DNA of 64,000 bases from Raillietiella orientalis. Taxonomy: Eukaryota. The notes beneath the pieces were generated by a model. The model was not told where the DNA came from. It did no database searches and saw only the letters and a list, made by a program, of their open reading frames with translations. The stretch is from positions 186,001 to 250,000 of the forward strand of contig JAYWIR010000043.1 of assembly GCA_036172245.1 (NCBI GenBank), read 5' to 3'. Every line of letters begins with the position of its first letter. Within the stretch, counting starts at the first letter, position 1. Of this stretch, positions 50,901 to 64,000 are shown in pieces. A program made the translations under genes and the position numbers.

Positions 50901-53900
50901 GGCGACCTTTATGAAATCCATTTCAGTTCCGCTACGTTGCTATGCACCTCGGCAAACTTCTTTCAGAAAGTTTCCTTCCTCTTAGTTCCCTTGCTGTTGT
51001 CTCCGCTACACCTATTTGCTACACAGTGGATGTGTCACCTGAAACAGGATTCCAGGCGTAATTCCAGTCCAAAAATGAATTTGTGTCACCATTAATAAAG
51101 GCTGAAGCAATGTCACAAACTCTTATGTAACTTTCCTCTGCAAAAAAATTGCTTATTTGACTCATCATCTACTTCGTCTTTATTTATCTTCTGCATCCCA
51201 GCCCAATAAATCCTTGTACTTGTTCATATTCATAATCTTTGTGCACTTCTCAGATTATTTTCTATTCTAAGAGTTTCTTAGATCGTCAAGGGTTCTTCTG
51301 CTTGTCTCACATCCTTTTGATAGCGGAGATGGAATGGAAATGGAAATGCGGTTCCTTCTTATTGACAGTGTCGGACGATTTGGTTAAGGCTTACTAAGGA
51401 AGTTCATGACATAAAGAATAAAATGTGTTGTATTTGCGTTACCATTTTTCTCATCAATTCAAAGGAGTACATTGTATCAGTAAGTGACAGAATTAATATT
51501 AAGTATTAATTAGCACTTCGCGTTGCACATTGAAAAGCTAGCTGCTGTATGTACGACTGCCTTTTTAAGCAAACACACTGGTTTATGTACTAGATCATAA
51601 TTGTGACTGCCGATTCCATCAGTCAGCCATCAAGTCGCAGTGAACCTTTTAGTTCTTTGGAGAATTCGTGCTTTTAGGGAATGGTCCACGTGGACTTTAG
51701 GGGAATTCCAAGGAAAACATCCTCTTCGATAGCAGAAGAACTTACAAACAGAAAGCGTTGTGATTCCATACAAACAATGATTTTAAGGGAATTCACGAAT
51801 TTCTGAGGTGTACCGGTTGTTGATTTATTTTCCAATAAGCTATTCATGGCTTTTCAAAGGAAAAAAAAAAAAACAGATATCAAGGTATCCTATTTTTGGA
51901 AAAAAAATAAAAAATGAAAATACGATAATGATGCCTTAATGAGAGAAAAGACGATAATGACATCCATTCAGTCTTGAAGATTTCCTTGGGTGCCGCCATA
52001 TCAAGTGAGGGCACGTTTGAGTGCAGTTCTGCTCATCGACAAACAGCTTCCCAGCTCAGTAACACAGAGAGATCGATTGAGAAATGGCCACATCTCAATG
52101 AACTTTGGATAGCGCCAAAGAAAAATTAATTCAAACTTCCTTGCCAAGTACTGGAACCTTATCGGTTCCTATGGATGCTCTGTTCAAAGTTCTAGACGGT
52201 ACTGAGTGTGTACTAGCCAGTACTATGTGGTTATCCCGTGTTTCGTTTATCTATATCTGATCTTAGCTGATCATGCCTTTTCTAATTGCTTCCGGTTGTG
52301 TTTCCCTGCGGCCGCGCGTTCCGCACGTTCCGCTCTAACTTTTTCCAGCATAGTGCAAAAGAGATCGTTATGCCAATGCTTTCTTTCTATGGCTTTCGGA
52401 TAGTCACTTCTCGGCACGCACTTCACGAGTGGCACTTTTCCATTTTGCTAATTTGCCCCGTCTCCCCACGTGGACTTGTTTGTCATAAGGCAATAAGGGG
52501 CCGTTTCTGTATTGTGGGGCTGATCGCGGAGTCGGTAAGCAGTCCGCCAGAGAAGAGACTCTGAGCTTCTAGCGTTAATGATTGCATGATAAATTGCAAA
52601 GCATATCATGGAAATGATGTGTCCCTGTTTTGCCCTTGTTTTGTTTGCCGAGTGAAGAATGATCTTCTCGTGTGTGAGGATTTGAACCACACTCGATCTA
52701 AGCCCTTTCCAGAACTCTGTCAAAGCCTTTTTTTGCTAAAATACTCTCCTGAGCTGCAGCAGTAGCAGCAGAGAACTTTCCTCTCCACAAAGTGGGCACC
52801 TATTGGAGGCTCTGAACGAGAGAGGGGAATATTTATGGACTCACTTTCTGTTTTAGTATTTTTTTTTTTTTTAAAAAAAAACACTTAATAGGGGTATAAT
52901 GATACACTTTCTTAGCTGTGGCAGAAGTTGTTTCTTAATTCTGTTTCAAGACGTGATATATGCTTTGCTCATGCTTTCGCAAGCCCAATTTTGCATTCGC
53001 CTATTCCATGTGGAAAAGTTGCAGTTCTCACTGGAGGAGGAAGACAGAATGCAGGCCACAGCGCCATCATGAACTCATATCTCTGCGAAAGAGAAAGCAC
53101 AAACTTTGATGAAAAGCAAGAGGAAGCCGCCAGAATGATTGAGTGTTCCCACATAATGGAAACCACTGTCTGCAGTTGCCTGGTCAGCTTTGTTCCGCGG
53201 CTTCATTGGAAAGACAAAGATGCTATCTAAAGAGAATTGTTCCTTGTCAACAGACCCAGGGGGCTTCAACCGTAGTTTCCGAGAGCATCCAAAGAACTGG
53301 ATGACTTTAGATAAATTGATTTTGTACAGACGCGATCGTTGCTGTCGAAACAAGAAAGACTACGCCGCTATGGAACTACCTGCAAATGACGCCATCTTTT
53401 TCTGTACTTGGAGAACTCTCCTGTACAAAGGATGAGCTGACTACAATGGTGAGGGAACTGTCCAAAGAAATCTGCTCGACATTTCGCCCTGGAACAAATG
53501 GAGCCAGCGCCGCGCCGGCGGCCGTGTGGCGCCGACTCACGCGGAAGGAATCTTCCACGAGGACGAATCGTCCTGGATCCTGAGAGTGAGTGAGGATGTC
53601 AGGCAGACCACAAGCGAAGGTTAGGGAAGCGAGCGGAACAAGACCGAAGAAGAAAATTTTCCGTTCTCTCCATTGGATGTCACGTCTGTTTCTGGTGCCA
53701 TGGGAGTCGGTTGAGTAAATAGATGTGAGACGGGGGATCAAGCAGAGCAGCACCTATTTCATGAAAAAGGTAAGAGGATCAATCCGAGATCCCTTCCGCC
53801 ACTCTTTCAAATTCAGATTCATCCTACTTTTTTTCCTTCGTATTAAGAAGAGGAAAGAAGTGATGCAAATCCCTTCGCGTCACGGTTCTTCCCAATGATT

Positions 53901-56900
53901 TCTAAGGAAGGCCGCTAATGATTGCAATGAAAGATAACTGCTGGCGGGAAAAAACGACTCTTATGAAGACAACATCTTCACTTTTCAGACACGGAAACCA
54001 ATCTTCACCTTTCCGGATATCTCCCTTACTTTGCAGCATATTCGTCTTGCTGATTTCCAGCTGAGGAAACAGAAATGATTAAGAAAAGATAAAGTGTGAG
54101 GAGGGGAGCAGCCATAACCTGTTGCGATGGTGGAGCTTTTATTAATGTCCATGCTGGAGTATTGTACCTTTTAGAACCATGGAGGCATCTCGAATCAAAA
54201 ATCTTACTTTTTTCGAAACAAATCCAGAGATGACTGTACGTACACCCAGGCGCAAACCAGATGGCCATGCCGTTTTGCGTTTTTGTCTCAACTTCACCAC
54301 GAAAGCTACATCTTTATATGCCATTTTTTTCTCTCTGAGAGGTATCTCCAGCACTCAAAACGAATATTAAGTATTCCTCTCAGAGGGATCTCATAGGACT
54401 GTCTCCTTTAACCTAAAAGCTCTTCCCTTCTGATCGCTGAGATTCTAATCCGGTTCTCAAGATGTGTCTCATTCCTAGAAAAAGAAAAGAGTCATTTGTC
54501 TTTAAGAAGAATTATGAAGTGAATTTCGTGATTGCAGTAAACCTCTGGAGTGCTTCTCCCCACTCATTGACTTCCTGAACTTACGTCCGCTTTGTCATCC
54601 TGGAAATTCGCTAGGGATCTCGAAAAATTCCTGCTTATTCCCTATCTTCCAGTCTCTGTTCTCCGGGTATGAATCGGCGTTCAGGTGCATTATGCATCCC
54701 CACGGAGAGCAAGATGAATTTATCTTTAGAGGAGGAGGAAGAGTATTGATTACAACCTTTATGCGATAGGAAGGTTCATAAGTGAGAGTTCTTATGAGAG
54801 CTAGGATGGAAGAAAACGTAGATGTTCGATAAATGTTCATTGTTCCAAGCTCTTGCAGTCTCTTTTCAAGAAGTCGCATGATAAGATTCCAGTTTATGGG
54901 CCAACCCCACTCTCAGGGCTAAAAAATCTGTGTTCCAGCTGCCCAGCGAAAGGACAAAGCAGTATTAAGTTGCAAAGTTGTGAGCTTTACTCTAGACGTG
55001 AGACGCAGCAAAAGAGACCACGGTCGGTGGAGATGGGTAGGCAAAGAAAAGTGATCTTCCGAGGGCATGATACCTCACTTTCAGAAACCGTGGAATGGCC
55101 ACAAGTTTCACATCGACAAAAGTGCTTCTCACCTCGCTGGAAGCGGATAACGGCTAAAGAACTAACGTGGGAAAGACTGTTAGTGTTGGCTTTTCCAACA
55201 GAAGCAATGATGCGATGCCCACCCGCATTCTGAAGAAATGCTATGAAAGATTGGCTCTCGATACTTGAGTGCTTCCAAAGGGGAAGGTGATGCTGCCTTT
55301 CTATGGAATCATCTTTACATCCGATTCTATAGCGTGATTTGGACATGTCGGCACATGATATGGTTCTTGAAATGATCTCAATCTACGAGAAAAGTGACGG
55401 AACGCAGCAAACTTTTGCAAAGAGAAGTGGTACGTCCCACTTTTAATGCCCATGGAATTGTGGGAAAAGTTAGACTGAGACTCTCACAGCTGGTGAAGAT
55501 TTTGCGGAAAATTCGAAGTACCCCCAGTGGACATGCATCCTTGGCAGGAAGAAACTCGCGAATGCGTCGGAGTTTCCACGAGAAACGAAAATAGGATCGG
55601 TTGCAAGACCTGCTGTGAAGGAGCAAAAGAGTGATTGATCAGGACCTGCATCTCGATTGCATCAAGAATAAAAGAAACTCCCCATATCCGTGAGAGAAGC
55701 CTCCATAAAAGAAATCCACACTCCTCAGAAATCCACACTCGAATCGCCCTGTTGCAGGTGAGATTGGCTACGTCGAGGAAAATGAATTTCCAGTGCTAAC
55801 CAGATTGAGGATAGTATTATTTCAGATGGCTCAAGTATAACATTAGTACAGCCTCAAGGGAGCAGAAAAAGCTTTTCCTCTTTCATCCTTTCGTCCTTCA
55901 TCTCAAGAAAAATGGGGCGCACGAGCTACGAGCACAGCTGCTGAAGTAGAAAGTTCTTTCTGATAAAACTCAGGATGGAACATGTGCTCAAAAAATATGA
56001 CCAAGCTGCAGAAAGAGAGCTCACTAAAAGAAAGAGAGCGAAGAAAAATGTCCACTTCCTTTGATCGTTCTTTCTCAGTCTTCTTTGAAAGTGAGCTTGG
56101 CTCTCCCCAGTAGGCATCCTTGCTGCACCAACTCACCTGACCACCCACGTCGTCAGCTGACAGTTCCATAAACCATAAGTTGGCTTACAAAGCTGGTTTG
56201 CAAATCTTCTACCCACTAGATTTTCCAAAAAACCACGCCCCTTTTGATTGTGGTCTCTCTAACGCATCGAGACCGAACTTTTCCATTCCAACCCTTCAAT
56301 AGTTCCTATCCCTGCTGAGGAATAGCAGGTTCAAAAGGTTAACGTGAGGAATAATCTAAATTCCTTCCACCCCTCCCACGACCAGAATTCATGAAGTCGT
56401 TGATGTCTTCCGATGTGTAATTAGGCGGGATGTTCCATTGCACCAGGGGGAAGTAGGTAAGGAAGGAATAGCACAAGTTAACTGGAGCTGGAGTGGTCAC
56501 AGTTTGGGACTCAGATCGCAAGAGGGGTGAGTAACCATCCAGATGTTCCACCCTCTCAATTGCGACAACAAAAGGGAAGAGGAGGAAGGCGCCCTTTAGT
56601 TTAAAGACTGAAAGATCCTCGAGCACCAGATCAGATTCCTTTTGTCCCTCTTGTGACAAAGTATTGCTTGCTAGAAATCATGGATCTCTGAAGGATACGT
56701 GAAAAAGGATGGCGATTGAGAAACCTAGATTTCCTGTCGCATTTTATCCAGAGGGACAGTGGAATGGAAACACGATCGGATTGTGCAGCCGTGGTTGTCC
56801 ACGTTGATTTCGCCTTTCTCTGGCCGCTTTGAGGAGTCTTGGTGCTGGAATGCGCGACGTGAACAGGCGAGGAGCTCAATGCAACCATGAGCGAACAAGA

Positions 56901-59900
56901 GCCAGTGACATGAGAAGACATTTATCGAGCGGAACGCCCGAGGCACGCGTTTGAGGCACGCGTAGACGAATGCTCGCACATCTGCCATGAGCGATCACAC
57001 TGGGAGATCCCCTCGACCTGCAACGCTCGAGATATACGCGATGCTCGCGCTCTGTGCATGGAATCACAAACACGGCAGTTCCATGACATGACCCGTGTGG
57101 AACGATCTCGCATTGTGTCCGGGAGCAAGCGAGTCCCTTAATTTGAGGATGAGCTGCATCAGCTACTCGTCTCTTGCACGAGGATCGGAAATTTCTTAGG
57201 GAGGCTCTTGCTGAGGCTCGTTGTGGGGGGTCTAGACATTGGGACTTTCCAGATAAATAAGCAAGCTCTTGAATAAGGTAAGGGTAGCTGCCATCGATGC
57301 ATTACCTGTTTTCCTGAGCTCTAAGATCCTCATATTTCTTCCTGAAGAGGAAAAACAAATGGGTTCGCTTGATATAACGCCGCTGCTAGTCTGAAGCCCG
57401 GAGTGTGTTACTTTTCCAATGAGTCTCTCATAGGAAAGAATGCTTGTGGGTTCGTCCTTGGTGGAACGGCACTACTCTTCCTCATACTCGAATTTCCTAT
57501 TGGCTTGATCAGGTAGGTCGATGAAGGCATCTTGAGCAAGCGTCCCGGAGAGGCACGAGAGGAGAGATCATCATTGGCAGCACCATACAATTTGCAGGGA
57601 GACTCAGGGTGTGGCTCTCACATTTCCGTGATGACAAGGCGAATTCAGAGCTCCCTAGAAACACTAGGAGGAGCACAAAGAGAGCGGTTCTGTTGCGAGG
57701 TGGGAGTGAGTTGAGTGCGGTACTGCCTCACACGATGCTGCGACATCAAGCTGCTTTTGAAGGTATCCGACGCTCGTCTCGAGTACGTCGGATTCCTCCA
57801 GGACAGCACTTCCGAGAAAGGTATTTATTTCAGACTTTTCATGGACTGCGGAAGAGCGGGCCCACCACTGTTCCAGTGGCATACCTGCTCCATTTGTCAG
57901 GAAGCAAAGCAGGAGGATTCTCAGAGGTCGCAGTAAGGAATCACGGATTTTCCTTTTCAGATCACACACTGCTGTTGCTTCCCATTCGGTCGATGACATA
58001 CGAGCAGATGAAACTGGGAAGAACCTTCAGTGCGGTTTCATCTCGAGCAGAGCGGCACGCTGCGCAGCACAGGGAAAGTCCTCGTTGATTTCACCCGTGG
58101 GGAGTAATGCCAGGGGGTAGGGACTCGTATTCTTAAAGGGAAGTCTGAATTTACTACACCAAGTTGCCTCTCGAAGCCGGGCTGATATATCCACCACTTC
58201 TTGGCACCGGAGATGGCTGCACCAAGTGTGGAAAACGCTGTTACCACAAGAGGAAGCGGAACAGAGGGAGGAAACAGGGATGGCAGGAGCACGGCACGGT
58301 GTCGCATGTGGTGAAATCTGCGGAAAGTTTGGTGCATTGAAGGTGTGGTGAGACAGATTCGGTATTTGGAGCATAGTGCCACACACGTCATAGTTTCCTG
58401 ATGAGGCGGAAGAAAACAAAACCAATATGGAAATGAAAAACGAGAATGAAACACTGTGATCCCAACAGAGGTGCGATCAAAATAAAAGTGTCGAAGGGAA
58501 GTGTTTGTGTGCGACTGTGAGCATTTTAACGGGTTATGGCTGTTTAAAGTATTGCTAACTTAAGGGCTAAGATGATGGGATGTAGACGAATGTCCACAGA
58601 AGAGGCAATGCCTTCGAAGTGATCCTCGAACATTATAAACAGAAGAAACCGTGATGATTTTCCAAAGAATAAGCATCCGGAGAAGGAGAGAAGAGAGACT
58701 CATACAGCAAACGCCGCCGCTCTGTTCTTCGGCTGCAGCTCTTGGTTGATGCAGAGATTCCTACAGATTTGCTGACGCTTGCAAATCTAGTTGCAAAGCT
58801 CTGAAAGGAAAAAAATGTGATTTAATTCATCCAACTAAACAGATAACAAAAGACAGAAAGAAAGGGTTAAGCACATCGCAATGAGGGAGGAAATAAAAAC
58901 ATAAAGTCTTCTCAAAAACGAAGAAAAGTGCGACAGATGCAGACATTATCGCACCAACTTGGATCCTTAGAAACAAAGGAATTCCGATGAAAAGCGGATT
59001 GATGAAGGAGTCATCAAGAATACTGACATTTTCGAGAAACACGAGATGTGGACCGAGGGAGGCTGAGTATTCCGGGTACGTGAGAACAGCCCCCTAATAT
59101 TGTGCTATATATGAGATACATTTTGCCTCTGGTAAAACGTGCGAGTTATCCGGAATGTTCCTTTGTGAAAAACAAGAGGACCAAAATTAACGATGTGTGA
59201 GCTCCGATGGCCAGGGGAAAAAACAGAGCTCAGGGTCGCCACTGAAGAGAAGAGGAATCCGTTGTCGCGTTTGCAATGGTAATCAATTAAATGTATCTTT
59301 GTGCAGTTGGTTAGGATGTCATCGATTGATCATCGCCATTTCTAAAATCTGGGAGATTGCTGTATCCCAGAAACGCCTTTTCTTTTTTGGCTGCCTTCGT
59401 GTAAGAGTGGCAAGCGTATTTCTGAAGTTCCAGGTGGCTGGACAGAAGATGGAAAGATTTTTTTCCCACGGAGCTACCTTAAGAGCTATGCCTAAGACAT
59501 GTATCAGGACGACAGTTTGTATAGAGAGATGGCATCGCCCCTCGCTTATTTTATGACTTCTAATGCACTCTCTGCTGTGACCAATGCTCCCCATACAACT
59601 TTGGTGTTTCTTTTTTATTCATTGTTTTTCTTTTTTAGTCTCCTATCTTAACAAAATAGATGTAGGGTTGATCGAAAGACTGGGAACAATCTGCTGTTCA
59701 AGAAAATCCTGCAATTGACCTACTGCTGATGATAGGACCTTGTTGAAAAAGTGAATTGAGTCTCCGTTTCCACCGGGTCCAGGTTGTTACGATGAGAGAT
59801 CGAAAAAGCAGAGGAAGGAACATACGGTACATTTACGTGTAGCAATTGGACAAATGTATTTTTTCGAAGGACAGAAAGTATGCATCACGCTCCTTACGCT

Positions 59901-62647
59901 GTTCCCAGAGTGGTGGAAGATTCTGGAACGATTCAATTAATTGACAACTGCACACTGTTCTTCTTTAACAAAAGGAACGATTAAAGAACTGTAAAAGTAA
60001 TTTGCTTTCGAAGATGCACTTCAGTGTCTTCGCATAAGTTTGCAAACAAAATTGTCACGAGGAGACCAAGTTAGAGTCTAGACCGACTATTCCGTTGCTC
60101 TGGAGATTTCAGGGTTGCCATGTCAACGAGAAAAAAAATGTGAAATTTTGTTCGCCGAACTGACAGCAAGGAGGGCAGTTAGCAGCTGGCAATCTTTATT
60201 CATCATCCTCGAAAAAGATGCTTCCGTGGCAGTCACAAAAGCAGAATACTTGCTGTGACTGCTGGCGAAAGTATCTTTTGCAAGGATGATGAATGAAGGC
60301 TGCAAACATCACCACTTATTAACATCTGAATCAGGAAAATCGAATTTATCAGTAATAGAATTGGACGGACTCGAGTTCAATCTCCTATACTGACTGGAAG
60401 GTGTCTCGGAGAAAATCCAATAGAGCTCACACACAAAGAGTTTCTCTGTGTCCTTCTTTTCTTAGAATATTCATTCTATATTTCGGTTTCCTCACTGGCT
60501 CAAAAGAGTTTCGGAAGAATGCCTTCTCTGATTAGGATTCCCTGGCGTTTCCAGCTCGAAGCACAAAATGTTCTCCAAGTTGGGAACTGTGCTGATTAGA
60601 CATTTAGGAAATGATCATTAGCTGTCACGATCCTTAGCGACAGTCTCAGTGACACACCAGCAATTTCAGTGGTCAGGAAATCGGTTTTGGAAGCCTGCGA
60701 TGCTCTTCCGAGGGAACGGGTCCAGCAAAGATCTGAGCATCGGAGGAGGAAGTGCTCGAGTTTAAGGAGGGAAAAGGCAGTGAATTTTCAGAGCATTCGA
60801 CACCAGTGGTCACTTTTCATGGAATTGGCAACTCGAAATGACGTCCTTTTCCGTTGTGCCCCAATAACAACAAGTTGCTGTCATTTTCGACCAACTGGCC
60901 ACTCCGTTTCGTGGGGCTGTCGCGACCCCGCGCGTTCCTTCCGCGTTTCGTCGGAAGAGCAGAGAGGAATGGCGGCTGCCGGTGGTGCTTCTGCGCAAGC
61001 GCAGAGGGAAAAAAAAAAGGACTCGCCAGTGGTGCTTCGGCGAACTTCAGAGCCACATAAATCAATTCGCAGAATCTTAAAAAGGCATCGATTGTTTCAT
61101 ATACCTATGAACATTCTCTGTACACAGTCGAGTATTCCGATCAGGGACCTTAAAAAGGAACCTTTAGACACACATCCGTTTCGTTAAGGTTTATTTGGTT
61201 CGTCATACGGAGAATTTCACATCCGTATGAGCGTTTCCTACGGTTTGCCATTGAGAGGAAGATTATTCGAGTATCACCTCAACTTTCCAAATGGTGATTG
61301 GTGTTTTCTCTTTTTCTCTTAAGAAAGCTTGATGATGGTCCTTGCGCGAAATTTGGGGAGAATGGTGAGAAAGGAATGGCAGAAGAAATAAATCGTCATT
61401 TCATGGAATTTAATCATTACATGTGGATGTAAAACGAGGTCATATTCTCGTAAAAAGTGCCTCTCATTTGAGTTGAAATTAATGTTCATTCTGTAGTGTT
61501 TCATTTTAACTAAATAGTAGATTATTTAATGGAATGAGTTTTTCCGGAATCCTCCAAAAGTATTGTTATTATAGTGTAAAAGGAAAAATCAAGATATACT
61601 TCAATTTATGAGCACCATAAAAGCATAGTGTAAGGGTATGGCATTCGGCATAAAAGAGTCTGTAACTTGCCAATGGGGAAAAAAAGGATGAAAATTCATT
61701 TTGCAGTGAAAGTGCTCTGACTGATTGAAAATGGAGAACGAATTAGAAAAAAAGAACGCTCTGATGAACATTCCGAATAATTTTTAAAAGCAGTTTGATT
61801 TACCTACAAATTTTCTTTCAATCCAAGTACAAGCGGGAAGCACGCAAGCATTTCCCCTATAGCAAGGAGGAGAGATTCCTCGATGAGGCTTGGGATTAAA
61901 GGGACAGAAATACATATGCATTGAGTTCCGTGTCTAATCATGCTTGAGCTGCTGGAAAATAACATGCTCGTCTCATTAAGTGATGTTGCAGTTGTTCTGG
62001 ATCATTTTTGCGCTGCTGAGGCAGTTCTTTTCATCCTGTAATCAAAGGATGCACCCAGAACCTGAAATTGCTCGTAATAGGGTTACGATGCTCACTTGGA
62101 TGCATACAACACGTTTCCCTGATGCTTACTTTAGGAATAGGCTACACGGGAGTTCATTAGAGCAGGCATCGAGGAGAGATGCCTCAGCACAAACTCCATG
62201 TCCAGAGCGCTCCCCGGAAGCATTGCAAACATCCACGAACATTAACGTCACGCCTGCTGTGTTTTCCATTTCTGCTCGATTTCGAATTCCGGCTTCGAAG
62301 TGAGTCGCCCCTCTCTTCCGAGATGGAACTCAGCTCCTGCAGCCAGCTTCCTCGCAAGAGGATACGGAGCTCATGATGGATGAGCAAAAAGGGTTCGTGC
62401 TTTCAGAGCACCGAGAACCCGAATCAAGGACTGGACGATTCTAGTAAGCAGCCATTTTTGTGCTTCGGAGAACCCATCGCAACATCTTCGCAGTTTGGTG
62501 ACGGCACTTCAGGAAAAAAGAGAAGTCCTAGAGGATCTTTGAAAGATGCATGCAACTACCAAGTCACCAATTGAAAACAGAGAAGACAACAACATCCAAA
62601 CACGCACGCTGCCAGTGTCACCTTATAAATAAATCTTAAAAACCCAA

Positions 62648-62850
62648 TGGACATCCCTAAACAAATAATTCGAGGAAACTGATTAAACTGGAATAAATTG
62701 GGACAGAATGGACACTTACAATTTCTAAGCCTTCACCGCTGCCGATGTCTTAATTGAAAAAAGTGATGTGTGTGGAGTATGGATGATTCGAACAAGATGA
62801 TGAAGTGATAGAAGGGTTCACTCTAGGAAGGTTCCTCGGTCTTCGCCGTC
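62648..62850 (+). mobile_element. Possible mariner transposase N-terminal relic
   Basis: MDIPKQIIRGN*LNWNKLGQN and FEQDDEVIEG...GR resemble mariner M...K..IR..LLYEFKLG.N and F..GD..LED..R.GRP. Weak match. Confidence 0.35.
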
Positions 62851-64000
62851 AACTGAAGATGGCTTCATCACGCTTATTTTCCATGCGCAAGTCGTGAGAC
62901 TGGTAACCCTGTGTTCAATCTGAAGCTCAGGATTGGAGACATTGTGTTCCAGCTTCCCCGTGTGCCTGTGCCTTTCTGCGTCCTGTCTAAGGTTCTGTCA
63001 AGTCCTATCCACTTGAACGCCAGGAATGTGGCTGAAGAAAGGAGTGCAGTCCCACAGTCCATTCGCCACTCGGACTTTGGTGCATGCCGAGGGCCACGCG
63101 TGCGTTTCGCTTTTACGCACTCTCGCACGGTTCCTCGCAAAGTTTCCCTGTTCTTCCCTTGCTTGGATTCTGGGAACTGCTTCCATTACAATGTGCTTTT
63201 TTCCCCTTCCATTCCCGGCTACCACACGTTTTTGCTCCGTTAGTACAAGTTGCTTTTCGCGAGAAAGCTGAGCAAACTTTCGGAAAGTTCAGCCTTCCCC
63301 TCACACGATCGGAAATTTCAAGTTCATCTCTGGTCTGATGGGGGAGATGCCTAGTTTGTCCGGTCTTTTTTTTCTTTGTCTGCTATCGGAAATTCATAGT
63401 GCTGGATGCCACGCAGGGAATCTTCCAGATAAGCTGAGCATCCGTGAGTCCGATATTCGCATTTCTCTGGAATTCATGGTAACATCGAGTATTGAGAGGT
63501 TGAACCTTCCAAGGTTAAGCATTTGAGGAACGATACTTGGCGAGATGAACTCATTGTGATGTGAAGAAGTGCACTTTTTGCTTTCAGAATAACTGCTACA
63601 GGAATGGCTGCCTGACCATCCTCATCAGGCGTTGCAGCGGAAGGGCATTTTTGTTGAAAGCACGTACGTGGAAGCAAGGGGTCCCTGGAAGATGCTTTAC
63701 GCGTTCATCAGGAAGCTCTTCTGGAAAGAGAAAAGGCATTCTGGAAGACTTGCAGACGACTGCAGATATTCTTTGGTCATACTGCTGATGTAAGAGAGGT
63801 TCCCGCCGCATCCACCGGACGTCGACGAATGAAATCGTTCTTTTCCTGGAATTACGAAATCTTTTCCAAAGTTTTAGGCAGCAGTTTTCTTTTCTGAGTG
63901 GTTTCGATTCGTTGTTAGTCGGAGAAACTCCCTTCCTTTTCCTCCTGCTGAACACATGGCGCGCTGATATTAGCGGAACCTCAGCAGTGGGCTAATTGCT

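Noticed and set aside
54179..55660. Further faint mariner-like peptides (also ~35500 and ~61600-61770)
   Set aside because: Similarity too weak to distinguish from chance by eye.
17500..64000. The many 60-170 aa ORFs in the track
   Set aside because: No recognisable domains; lengths and overlaps are as expected for non-coding DNA of this composition.
1..64000. CRISPR arrays, rRNA, intact tRNA genes, telomeric repeat tracts
   Set aside because: None seen.

Overview
Eukaryotic, probably animal, DNA: it carries a metazoan-type U2 snRNA 5' sequence and several mariner relics. It has two parts. (1) 1-~17.5 kb is a GC-rich cluster of non-LTR retrotransposons. Three head-to-tail copies of an L1/Tx1-like family ('A', ~5.58 kb unit: ORF1 with an Ala/Pro-rich repeat and three CCHC knuckles; ORF2 with APE endonuclease, RT and a C-terminal CCHC) are joined at identical junctions with no poly(A) tail. 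Copy 3 is cut off at 14255 by rearranged, oppositely oriented fragments of a second, related family ('B'). All copies carry nonsense or frameshift lesions; ORF2 of copy 2 is full length except for one TAG. (2) ~17.5-64 kb is lower-GC DNA in which I recognise no host gene. It holds a 26-nt perfect U2 snRNA 5' fragment, an AT-rich block (~20-24.4 kb), several decayed mariner transposase relics, a possible Merlin/ISXO2-like relic and a possible tRNA-derived SINE. The most interesting signal is the tandem array: divergent, mosaic copies joined at one fixed position, and an APE domain that appears to lack the target-recognition beta-hairpin loop. All alignments and motif comparisons were done by eye from memory; no searches were run.
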